Shown here: piece after piece, positions 25,956 through 37,420 of the stretch | Layout: the number at the start of each line of letters is the position of its first letter | Position numbering within the stretch: the stretch's first letter is position 1 | From: Camelus dromedarius | Taxonomy: Eukaryota | Reading direction: 5' to 3' | Length of the DNA stretch: 64,000 nt | NCBI RefSeq assembly: GCF_036321535.1 | Contig: NC_087437.1 | Location: 100,318,001 to 100,382,000, forward strand | Program-made: the position numbers and the translations under genes | The notes under the pieces: generated by a model | Told to the model about the DNA's origin: nothing | Database searches by the model: none | Seen by the model: the letters and a program-made list of their open reading frames with translations, nothing else

Positions 25956-25956
25956 A
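25914..25956. repeat. (TA)n/(TACA)n compound microsatellite
   Basis: Direct reading. Confidence 0.85.
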
Positions 25957-27796
25957 CATATATCTCCATTTTAATAGCTTTATGATGTTTCATTAAGTTG
26001 ATGTTCCATAATTCATTTTTTTCTTATTTTTGGACCTAGAGGTTGTTTCCAATTCTGATATATGTAACACTGCATTCCTACAGGTTTTTCCCTTTCTTTA
26101 AGAGCACAGGTATTTAAAAGCGTAAGTAATAAACCAATGGATGTTAGGGCAAATTTAATTCTGGGATGTAAGTGAAAGCACTGTTTAGTTCGTTGTTTCT
26201 TACACACAGATCATTTCACAAGCTACGTTTTATAAATGCGATGATCTCCAGACCGCAATCTGAGGAAACTGGTAAGGGGAAAAGGAGAAGTTCTGGCCTT
26301 TTTAGGCCAAAGGCATATGTAAAATCTACAGAAGAGGGTGAGATCACTCAGGAAAGAGTACAGAGAATGAGAAGAGAACTGCAGGCAGCCCCCTGGGGCA
26401 CAAAAGACTGAAAAAGCAACAATTCTGGGAATGAAGTCATGCACGATGACAGACCAGTTCTGGTAGAATGGTTGGGCCAACCCTTAGTGCAGTGGATTGA
26501 AGCATGAATGAGATCTAAGGAAAACCTAGAAATACAGTTAGCATGTAAAACCATGCCTCGCGCAGACAAAATCCTACAGTGTCCAAATTATATGAAAGAC
26601 ATGGTTTTGCTCGTCTCGTCATCTGATCCCCCCAGCACCTGAGACGCCTGATTCATCAGACCCAGTTTGAAAGCTATGTAGATTAATCTCTCAAGACTCT
26701 TGGCCATGAAGAGAAGGAGGAAGTGAGAGGAAACAGTAACTAGGGAAGGGCAAAGGTTAGCTTGTTTGTGAGGATGGGAGAGGCTGGAGCGTGGAGGCTG
26801 TAGAGGATGGTTCTGGAAGCAAGAAGGAGCCAAAACGGAACGTTGGTGGGATTAACTTGGAGAGGGCAAGGAGAGCATCTCCAGAGACTGAGGGAAGAGA
26901 GGGAGGGAGACTGGGGCAGATCTGATAGGTTTGTGGCTGCGGGGACAGGATAGAATTAGACGATCTCACTTTGCTCCGTAGAGGTGAGGTCATACCCTGG
27001 GAAGGGTGGGCGGTGGGGGTAGCTAGGAGGTAAGAGGACTGAGGAAAGAGGAGAAATTTAGGAAATTTGGGGTGAAGAACAGGGGAGGGGATCTAATAAG
27101 AACACAGAAAAGGGATCCTCAATGATATGAAATATACTTCTTTTCTTGGCCAAGGTATCCTTTTTCTTTGACTGCTTATGGTCCTACCTTTTTCTCACCA
27201 TGTACTCCTGATCCTTCCTAAACCATCCTCCTGGTTCAGCCTGATTGCTCTCTCCTTGCAATTGCTCCCTCTGAGGAAGCTGAGGGGCACCTGTCTTCAT
27301 GTTGTCTGTCTCTTCTCCCTAAGCAGGTGTCAGACTTCTCCAAGGTTGAGCATGTTTACGTCTAAATGTCCGACATGTAATAGATTCTCAGTAATCTTTG
27401 TTGATGGTGATAACTGCAGCAGTTCTGGCTGTGTTCACATCAAGCTGTTGCCACAAGTATCCCCATCACAGTGTATTTCTTCATAATATATCTTTGGTTT
27501 CTTCAGGTTTGTGCAGTTTTTTCCCAGAGCAGTTTTATGGAATCAGTGCAAACTACTCATGGGGAAAATGAGTTATCTTGCACTCGAAAAAGAAGACATG
27601 TGGTCACGTGTTAGGTCAGTTGTCACTCGCTATTCCAAGTTGAATGTTGGCTACTGGCACTGTGCTCTTTTCATGTTGCTAAGTAGGACATTTTCCCTCA
27701 TGGAGTCCTGGAACTGTCAACAGGGAGAACATTTGTAGAGAACGGTAGAATGGCCTTGCCATTCTGAGAGAAGAGAGTGTGGTAGAGAAGATGGAG

Positions 27797-28330
27797 CAGT
27801 GCCCCCTTACCTGTGGGGGATACATTCCAAGGCCCCCAGTGAATGCCTGAAACTGCAGGTAATACATGTACTGTTTTTCCTATACAAACATACCGATGAT
27901 AAATTTTCGTTTATAAATTAGGCACAATAAGAGATTAATAACAATAACTAATAATAAAATAGAACAGTTATAACAATATACTGTAATAAAAGTTATATGA
28001 ATGCAGTCTCTCTCAAAGTAGCTTAGTGTACAAACTTAATACCTTTTGCATCTTAACTAAGCACTTACCACACACCGTGGCTGTCTTTTGCAGTCTGAAT
28101 TGTGACGGCAACGCCAGCACAGATTTTTTTCCTTCACGGTTTCACAGATAGAAGATTCATTCTTACTGTAGATCTTAGCAAGCTTGGCATTTTTTTCTTT
28201 CAAGTCGAGAACTTCCACCTTTTCACTTGAAGCACTTTATGACTTTTCTTGGGCATATTCGAATTGCCAGCATCACTACCCTTGCACTTTAGGGCCATTA
28301 TTAAGTAAAATAGGGGTTACTTGCACGTGA
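27797..28330 (+). mobile_element. MER44/Tigger7-family DNA transposon fragment
   Basis: CCCCCTTACCTGTGGGGGATACATTCCAAG...TAAATTAGGCACAATAAGAGATTAATAACAATAACTAATAATAAAATAGAAC. Confidence 0.8.
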
Positions 28331-29122
28331 ATGTCCATCCGGTGACTGAAACAATATTTTTCTGTTGAAATCTTACAGCTTTACTTATTAACTTGACTCT
28401 CAAATATTTATCGTCTATAGATTTTCTATATGTAAATTCAAAAAAGTTAGCAGTTTTAATATCAATTTGCCCCCATTTATTTCTGGACTTGAAAGGAATA
28501 CTCCTCTCCCTGCTACCACCCCCCAAAAAAGAGGTGTATATTTAGTTATATGATGGAAAAAATTTCCAAAATAGGTCTGTAACTTCATATCTAATGATAA
28601 AGATTGGTTAAGTCAATTAAGGCACATACATATGAATACCATGAAACTGTTAAAAAGCATGTTTTAGGAGAAAATCAATGACATAAGAAAATATCCCATG
28701 TTTTCAAATTATGAGACTGTAAAATGAATATATTTCATAAAACAACAGTATAGGAATATACAAAGTTAAAGTCTCTCTAAACATCCCCCATCCACTAAAA
28801 TATTAACGGTGGTTATCTCTGCTGCAAGGATTACAGGTAATTTTAATGGTCTTATTCTCTATGCTTTTAGGTACTTTTATTTTTTCTAAATAAGTATATT
28901 TTTCATTAGATATTACATATTTTTTATTAACAAAAATTTATCGAGTAAGTGTTATATATAATAACTGTGGCACACGTTTATTATTCTCCATTACAAATGG
29001 CACTTCTATATGTAGATGCATAGGGAAAACAATGATTTAAACTAACCACTAATACTTTTCATGGAGAAGGGAGATTATTTACAGTTACAAGCTTTAGCTT
29101 GTAAGTTGGAAAAAGAATATGT

Positions 29123-29140
29123 GATGCCCTCTTGTGGTCA
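29123..29140 (-). promoter_or_regulatory. Candidate CTCF motif (CXADR exon7-exon8 intron)
   Basis: Minus strand TGACCACAAGAGGGCATC resembles the CTCF core. Confidence 0.45.
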
Positions 29141-29233
29141 ATAATTCTTATAATGTGATTGATTCTTTTTCATTGAAATCCAGTCTGAGAGAATAATACT
29201 AAAATATCTATTCTATTGCTTTCTAAATGACAA

Positions 29234-29264
<31 letters not shown>

Positions 29265-30552
29265 CCCCACAAAACAAAAGCCAGTGCTTACACACTGTTA
29301 CTAACCGCTTAAGGGTAGCCATTGTAAACAGTTTAGCCTATCTTTCCAACCCTCAGTCCTGCTCTTAAAAGCATGTCCTGGAGTCACACTGCCTGGTTTG
29401 AAGCCCTGCTGGCTTAGGTCATCAGGGACAACTTAACTTGAATACTCCGAGACTCAGTTTCCTTGTGTAGGTGAGGATACTGCTAGAACACACATGGGTT
29501 TATCATAGAATGAAAAGAAGTTACAGGACCTGCCAAATGGAATTCCATTTTGCTAGATACAATACTTTATATATCTATGCATCCATGTAAACTACAGTGG
29601 TTAACATTATCCTGTGATAAATCCAGAGGTTCTATTGTCCTCACTTTTTGTACCTGTTTCCACCCTTCATACACCTTATGTAAACATAATACAATTTATT
29701 AAGCATTGGATATTTTGTATATTGGAGTGTTTTATATTAATCATCTTATTTCATCCATGATAAACCTATTAAGTTCTATGACTATCCTCACTTTTTGTAC
29801 CATTTTTACCCTCATGCAATTTGGTGGACATCTTTCCACATCAGAAGATACAGATCATTCTTTTATTGGCCTCGATCAAGTCTTACATAGTGTGAATGAA
29901 TTATGATCTTTTATTATGGCAAATAAGGCTGCATCAGTTGTACATTAGTTTTTTTACGTTGTTACTTTGTTAGGTTACTTTCTATATGTACAGAATTTGA
30001 ATTACTGGGTAAGAGAATATACACATTAAAAACATTTTTGACATTGTTAAATTGCCTTCCACAAAGACTGCAAACCATAATCTTTCAAAGCTTGTTAGTT
30101 TGCTAGGTGAAAATGGTATTTTGTGGTTTCAACTTTTATTTCATTTGTCATTAGGGTGCCATTAGCACATCTTTTAATTTCTTAGCCATTTGTATTTCTT
30201 TGTATTTCTTTGACTCTGCTAAATAATTTAATTATATGTAGAAGATTTTTGTATATTAAGAATATTAATTTATTTTCTTTTAAACATTTTGTGGAAAATG
30301 TCTCCCTCTTTGCAGTTTATCTTTTAATTGTGTTTATGTCTTTTGATACGCAGTTTAAATTTTTTTTTTCTTCAATTCCAAAACATCAATCTTTGTGGGG
30401 AAAATTTTCCTAAGCTGAAAGTTTGGAAATATCTCCTTCCATATTTCCTCTCAGTAATAGTTTCATATTTTACATTTTATCTTTAATCTACCTGGAATTT
30501 ATTTTTAAGTAAGAATTTGAAGGCTTGAAGTAAGAATTTAAAAATGCATATC

Positions 30553-30760
30553 ATTTGCAGATACTAACTACTATATATAAAATAGATAAAAACAAGTTCA
30601 TACTATGTAGCACAGGGAACTATATTCAGTATCTTGAAGTAACTTATGGTGAAAAAGAATATGAAAACAAATATATGTATGTTCCTACATGACTGAAGTA
30701 TTGTGCTGTACACCAGAAATTGACACAACATTGTAAACTGACTATATTTCAATAAAATAT
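30553..30760 (+). mobile_element. Lineage-specific L1 3'-end fragment within older L1 remnants (about 29950-31280)
   Basis: TTTGCAGATACTAACTACTATATATAAAATAGATAAA...GCTGTACACCAGAAATTGACACAACATTGTAAACTGACTAT. Confidence 0.8.
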
Positions 30761-33588
30761 ATACATGTACAATATTCATAGACAAATAGTTCACTATTAA
30801 TTTGTTATTGGTGCATTATTTTCAACTTGAAAAGCCACATTCACCACTCATTAAACTTCTGTATCTAAATGTTTCTGGTTCTGCACTTGTATTATTTCAT
30901 TGGTGTATTAATGCACTCCTGTTATACCTTAGAGTATATATTGATAATTTACGTAAGAACACTCTGTCCATTGTTCTTTTAAAAAAAAATTCTTGGTTAT
31001 TGAAAATTCTTCTATGTAAACTTAAAATTAGGTTTTCTAGTTCCACTAAAATTTCACTAAGGTTTTAATTATGATTTATATTGGCTTTACATATTAATTT
31101 GAAAGGTAAAGTCTTTTTTAATAGTATTGAGTCAATTTAGAAATATGCAGTATTCTTCCAGTCAGTTTTTACTTTAGGTAAATTCTTAAAACATTTTTCT
31201 CCTCTGTGGGACTCACTCCTTTCTGTTATTGTTAATTTCCAGGTATTTAATACTCCTAATAGGAACTTTTCTCCCACAAAGTGCTATTTTAAAGTATTGT
31301 CTTTAAAGTATTGTCATGAAATTAATGTGTATCATTGGGAACACTGGAGAATTATGTCTATACCACTCTATTACAAGCATTTATTATTTTGGAATATTTT
31401 CTTCCAGACACAGTATGATCAGCAAACAAAACTTTGTGACCTCATTGCAATGGTTTAATTCAGAATGTACCAGATTGCCCATGAAACATATGCAATTTGG
31501 TTATCAGTGATGTATAGTATTTGTATTTGCTAAAAATAAATCCATTGACCTTGTCTTAAATTGAGTGCTTTAAAAAAAAAAGTCCTTTTACTTCTCCAAT
31601 TACCAAGTAATAATGGTCAGTATAAATATCTAGACTGAAATGTACAATGTAGAAGCATTAAATTTCTCTGTATCTGCTTCCCCGACCTGGACTTCATCAC
31701 CTGCCTCTGAGAACACTACCTACTGTTAACAATTTGGTGTTTCTTTTTTCAGACAATATTAGCACCATTCTAGATGTAACATTTTTCTTTCTCCACTTGC
31801 AATATTTTCCCAACGTGCAACATTTTATTCCATGTCATTACAAAATGATCTACTTTTGTGTGTGTGTCTACATGGTATTTTCCATAGTATTTTCTTGAAC
31901 AGATGTTCCAATTTTTAGCTTCTCTGGAAGTTCTTATCTTACCTGGGATAATAATGGTTAACTTCCCCAGGAGGTTATTATGAGAATTAAAAGTTGTTGG
32001 CACATAGCAATAAAATTTTAAAAACTTATTGTTTACTATCATCTGTAAAAGGGATAGAATGGTCTCTCTGATAAGGTAAATAAATACATGTGTTTTTAAG
32101 TTTTTTTTTCCCCCAGTCATCAAGCAAGAAATCATTTAACAGTAATAGCTGAGTAGAAGTCAACCTAAATGCTTTATTATCTTTGTTTGAAATCATAGAA
32201 ACTTGCTAAAAAGTTAAGTACTTTGAGATAAATATTATACTAAAAAACCAGAAAATATTTGATTTGAATTTAATAGAATTTACAAATTTATATTTTTTCT
32301 TTTAAATAGTCCCATGTCCAAATTTAACCTCTAGAGAAGCTTTGCAGCTGTAACTACAAACATAAAATGAAAAATTATAACTAATTATCACCATTCAGTC
32401 ACATGCCACTCCTGCTTGAACCAGCCTGATAAGGCTCTCAAGCTGAAATTATGCAGCGACGTTTTGTCTTCATTAGAGAAGTCCTAGAGCCTGAGGGAGA
32501 CAGAGATGTTACAGCTCCTGGAGTTCTAATTGCTATTTAAAAAGTTAAACAAACGTTTGAACTGCATACTTATTAGACTGACTTTAAGACCCAGCTGCTG
32601 AAAGAAAAATGGTTTTATTTCATTAGGAATGCATTGAAAAAGCTGTATTGATAAGAGCTTTCTTTTGTTTTAAATAAATTTTGGAACAAGATGTGAAGTG
32701 GATAGTTAATACAGGTACCAAGTCTAACATGCAGTAAAATTGAAAATTAGCATTTTCTCCAAGGCACTCCGCTATTTAGTTGTCAGCACTAATGAGTAAG
32801 ATTTAGATTTTATAGTGGTCCAACGTGGAAAGGCCTAGTTATGTTACTAGGTCTGTGCCAAAAATATTTCCCTCCTCAACAGTATGGCTGTTATGCTTCT
32901 GATTCTCCCCAACGAGCTTGTAACTAAGACATGAGCTAACTAACAGAACAAATGCTACCTGCTAACTCCATGACAAAAATACTTGAAACTTGCCACCTTT
33001 ACGACTGCCCACAAGCCTGCCATTATCACACAAAACTCTCTAGGACCTATAAGGGAACAGTAACAATTAAAAATTTTTTTCAAACTTAAATAAAACTTAT
33101 CTCCCTTGTGATGCCAGCTACCCCTATGGAAATATGCTCTAGTTTAAATAGGCATCCACAATGTATTTCAGGAAAAGCAGACATTATAGTTAATAAATAG
33201 GTTTAAAGGTGCATATGGCTTATGAGTACAGTTTAACATTAATATTTTTAAGTCTCTAAGGTTTAAAAATAAATTTTCTGTTGAGGTTGTAAACACTTTA
33301 AATTCCACTTCCTTTCAAACCTTTGAGAGCTATGTATCCTTATGATTTGTGCACTTTTCTGGTAGTCTATACTTCCAACAGAATTTAACAGAAAACAAGA
33401 GGAATATCTAACAGCCAAGGCCATTCAATGATTTACTAGCAAGTTGTGATTTTTTTCTGATTTAAGTCAAATAATTTAAGACTAAAAATTTAAAGACGTG
33501 AGTAATGCAAAAACACATTGATCTTAGTTTTAAAAAATTTACCTTAGAAAAAAAATCTAAATTCTTATGTCTTTTTCTCTTTTTGTAG

Positions 33589-33630
33589 TTCAAGTACACT
33601 TACGAAACTGATGGCATTACAGTGGTATAA
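33589..33630 (+). CDS. CXADR: CXADR alternative terminal exon 8 (CAR-Ex8 / TVV isoform), FKYTYETDGITVV*
   Basis: Strong polypyrimidine acceptor ctttttctctttttgTAG|TTC AAG TAC ACT TAC GAA ACT GAT GGC ATT ACA GTG GTA TAA. In frame with the internal exon-7 donor GCTAAG|GTAGCT at 13700/13701, and matches the known CAR-Ex8 C-terminus ending ITVV. Confidence 0.95.
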   Translation, partial: FKYTYETDGITVV

Positions 33631-33963
33631 ATATGAAGGACTACTGAAGAATCTGAAGTATTATACTATTTGGCTTTTAGACCTAATAGACTGTAACATG
33701 TTGAAAGAAAGCCCAAAGCACAGAGATGATAGCAGCTGTAAGACTGTAAGAACCTTTCCGCTTTATGCAATGGCACTAGGCATGTCAGTCAGAGGTATCA
33801 AAATTTGTACGGGCCAAATTCTTGATTAGGAAAATCTTACATACTGTGACTTTGATGGATGAAAGATATTTGATTATATTTTCAATAAGCTACTACTATC
33901 AAATTTTAGGCTTTTTATTTACATGAGTATTTTGATCCTGTAGCCTTTCAGAAAGGTACGGTT

Positions 33964-33969
33964 AATAAA
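33964..33969 (+). terminator. Candidate poly(A) signal for CXADR exon-8 transcript
   Basis: First canonical AATAAA after the exon-8 stop. TGTA lies upstream (33939-33942) and a GT/T-rich tract downstream (about 33997-34013). Confidence 0.6.
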
Positions 33970-33989
33970 ATTAATTTTTTTAAAGAAAA

Positions 33990-34541
33990 ATTTAAATTGT
34001 TACATTGTTTATTCATTGCTAAATATTTAATTAAACACATTGAAGTGAAATACCCCCTTTGCTTTTCCTCTTCTTTTGTATGCACAGAACAGAAACACAC
34101 ATTGTCATGCCTCAAACTACTTTTTATTTGCAACTACATGATTTCACGCATTCTAAACAATGACATAAAACAGATTTCTCCTTGTGTATAAATAACTTAC
34201 ATACTCTCCATAAAGTAAATGCTCAAAGGTGCTACAACAGACCATCCAGTCCTACAGTGTTCTCGTATCCAACAGAGTTGATGCACAATATATAAATACT
34301 CAAGTCCAATATTAAAAACTCAGGCACTTGACTAACTTTTAATAAAGTTTCTCAAACTATATCAATATATCTAAAGTGCATATATGTATTTTTTAAGAAA
34401 GATTATTCTCAATAACTTCTCTATAAAAATAAGTTTGACAGTTTGGCCCATCTAACTTTACTACTTTGAGTATGAACTTTTAATATGTAGTCAGGCTTAT
34501 TCTACCTTCTCTCAACATGACACCAACAAAATCAAAAGCAG
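33990..34541 (-). other. BTG3: BTG3 3'UTR (end approximate)
   Basis: Lies between the BTG3 stop and the minus-strand AATAAA. AU-rich, with an ARE nonamer and miRNA seed matches. Confidence 0.75.
34008..34013 (-). terminator. Candidate BTG3 poly(A) signal
   Basis: TTTATT on + = AATAAA on -, about 530 nt downstream of the BTG3 stop, with a T-rich tract downstream on the - strand. Confidence 0.7.
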
Positions 34542-34781
34542 CTAGTGAGGTGCTAACATGTGAGGATTAATCCAGTGATTCCGGTCACAATGCATTCCAG
34601 GAGGAGGTACCCATGTTACTGGAATTGGGCGATATGGTTTATTTTTCCTTCCCTGATTTGGATAACCAAATGGAACAGGAGGAGGGTAGTGACTTTGATG
34701 GCCATTCCCTCGGTACATTCCTGGCTTTTTTCTGGGCAAAGGGTGCCACACTGGAAGAGGTGGGAATATCAGTTCTGAAAT
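34542..34781 (-). CDS. BTG3: BTG3 exon 5 coding part (Pro-rich C-terminus), 240 nt incl. stop
   Basis: Acceptor ttttctcttccctaCAG|ATT. ISELIFPPLPVWHPLPRKKPGMYRGNGHQSHYPPPVPFGYPNQGRKNKPYRPIPVTWVPPPGMHCDRNHWINPHMLAPH*. Confidence 0.97.
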   Translation of the reverse strand: MSELIFPPLPVWHPLPRKKPGMYRGNGHQSHYPPPVPFGYPNQGRKNKPYRPIPVTWVPPPGMHCDRNHWINPHMLAPH

Positions 34782-36059
34782 CTGTAGGGAAGAGAAAACA
34801 AGTTAATTTAAAGGTAAAATTAGTCACGTGTTATGTAAAAACTAGGTGACCTTCCACATTACTCATTAAAGAGAAACAAAATCACTCACCCACAACCCTA
34901 AGAGTAGGTCTAAGGGACATTCCTACAGTCAAGTCTATATATGTTAAAAATCTCAAATATAACAGGTGATCCATCAATCAATGTTTTCTAAATGAATGAA
35001 ACTGAATGAACTCAAAACACAGCACACTAAAACAAGCACTAGTTATTTCAGTCAGAAAAGATTAAAACACAGAATGAATGGAAGCTTGTAAAGACATCTC
35101 ATATTTTAGACCAGTGGTTTTCACAGCTGGCTTTGAGTCACCTAAGAAGCTTTTAAACACAAAACATTCATGCTCCAGGCCTGGTCTATTGAACAATATT
35201 AACAAAATCTTAGGAATAGAGGCCAGGTATTTTGATGACACTTTACAGGTGACTGTAATGTAGCTAGTTCAGCACTTTGGAACATCAGTCTTAGATTATC
35301 CCATAAATCAAGTGGGACATCAAGTTCGTATTATTCAAAATGTTATCAGTAGTTTTGGACCTCTGCTCAAAATGCTATGCTGTGTGACTAAGAGCTTCAG
35401 AGTTCTCTGATTTCTGATCTGTTCGTAGCATAAGTATTTTAAAATTTATATTCTGTATAACAGCACTGCATTCATATGACAGAAAATTCAAAAGGTACAA
35501 AACTGTATACAGTGCAGTCTCTTTCTGGTTACCAGCTACCCAATTTCCTTCTCAGCAGCAACTTTCACTAATTAATTTTTTGATTACCTGTAGAGATATT
35601 CTATGAATACAGTTGCATGTACATTTACATACACATATTCTGAAACCCACCCAATTCTGTATACTGCTTCTTGCACTTGATAAATACATCTCAAAGACAT
35701 TCATGTCAATACATAATGACCATTTTTGTTATTTTACAGCTAGACAGTAATGCAATGATTATGTCATAACTAAATTAACTGGGGTTCTGCTGCTGGGATA
35801 ATTAAGCTGCTTTCAGTCTTTTTACTACAAAAAAATATACAACAACAAACGAAACAATGCTACAGTGAATAGTATAGTTAATTCTTGATTATCTACAATA
35901 ATGGGGAAATAAGGAAGAACTCAAGAGTCCAAACTAATAATTGACTTAATGCTACAAACCAGTAGCGAAGTGGAATTTTTTCATCTCTCTCCGTATTAGG
36001 TTGCTGATAAGCTTTTAAAACTGTCAGAAAATAGACACAATTCTGGAGCTTACATTATC

Positions 36060-37420
36060 CTTTTCCAGTTAAGCCTATATCCCATAGGCAACTACTTTTC
36101 TGATTTCTATCACCAGACTGAGTTTTCCTTGTTTGTGAACTTCATATAAATGGAATCATCCTGCACATATTCTTCTGTGTCTAGCAAATCTTTTCCTCAA
36201 TCCAATGTTTTTGAGGTCTACTTATTGTGTTTATTATTCTTTCTTTTTTATTGCTATTATTCTATTGTAAGAATGAACATATGACAATTCCCCCCATTCA
36301 CTTGTTAATGGATATTTGGGTTGTCCCCCCACACCCTTTTTAAACTATTATGGAAAAGAAGTTGTTATAAACATTCTAACATAAGGCTTTGTAGATACTA
36401 GTTTTCATTTGTCTTGTTAAATACTTGGGAGTGGAGGTGCTCGGTTATAGGGCAGGTCCATATTTAACTTTCTAAGTGCCAAACAGTTTTCCAAAGTGAC
36501 TGTGCCATTTTACATTCCTACCAAGTTTATGAACCCCGCTGTTTACCTCCTCGCCAACATTTGTTGTTGTCAAACGTTTTAATTTTAGCTATTCCGGAAG
36601 AAGTAGTGTTCACTGTAGTTTAAATTTGCATTTCCCTGATGACAAATGAGGTTGAACACCTTTTACATTTGCTTACTGGCCATTTACATGACTTTTTTTC
36701 TGTACAGTGTTTATTCACATCTTCTGCCCACTATTTAAAACTGAATCATTTGTCTTTTATTACTGATTTATAGTAGTGATGTTTAAAGTATATTCTGGAA
36801 ACAAGTCCTTTGACAGATATATGTACTGAGAATATTCTGTCCCAGCCTATGCTTTTGCTCATTCATTTTCTTAATGGTTTCTTTTGATGAGCAAAGATTT
36901 TTAACTTTGATGCAATCAACTCCACCCTCTTGTATCCCTTGGAAGAAACCTTTGCCTATCCTAAATAATAAAGGTATCTCCCAATGTTTTCTTCTAAGTG
37001 TTAGAGATTTAGCTTTTATGTTTAGGTCTATGATCCATTTGAGATTAATTTTTCTGTGCATGTGTCAGGTAGTAGTCAGGCTCACTTTTTTTTCTTCTAC
37101 ATAGATTATCCAATTGTTTCAGCACCAGTTCTTAAAGACTTCCCCTACTGAATTACTTTGGCACTTTTATTGAAAAAAAAAATTGTACACACTTGGGTCT
37201 ATTTCTGGACTCTATTCTGTTCCACTATTTGTTTATCTTTAAACCATTACCACAGTACTCGATAAACATAATGACTTGATATTAGTTTGAGGCCTCCAAT
37301 GTGATTCTCCTCTCTTTAAAATTCAAAATCAATTTGTCACCTTCTAGGAAAAAGCCTTTGGGGATTTTGATTGATACTGAGTTGAATCTATAGATTAATT
37401 TGGGGAGCAATGACATAAAC
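36060..37420 (-). mobile_element. Old L1M fragment (BTG3 intron 4)
   Basis: ORF2-like remnant KINLKWIIDLNIKAK (36783-37061 ORF) and L1 3'UTR motifs. Confidence 0.75.
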
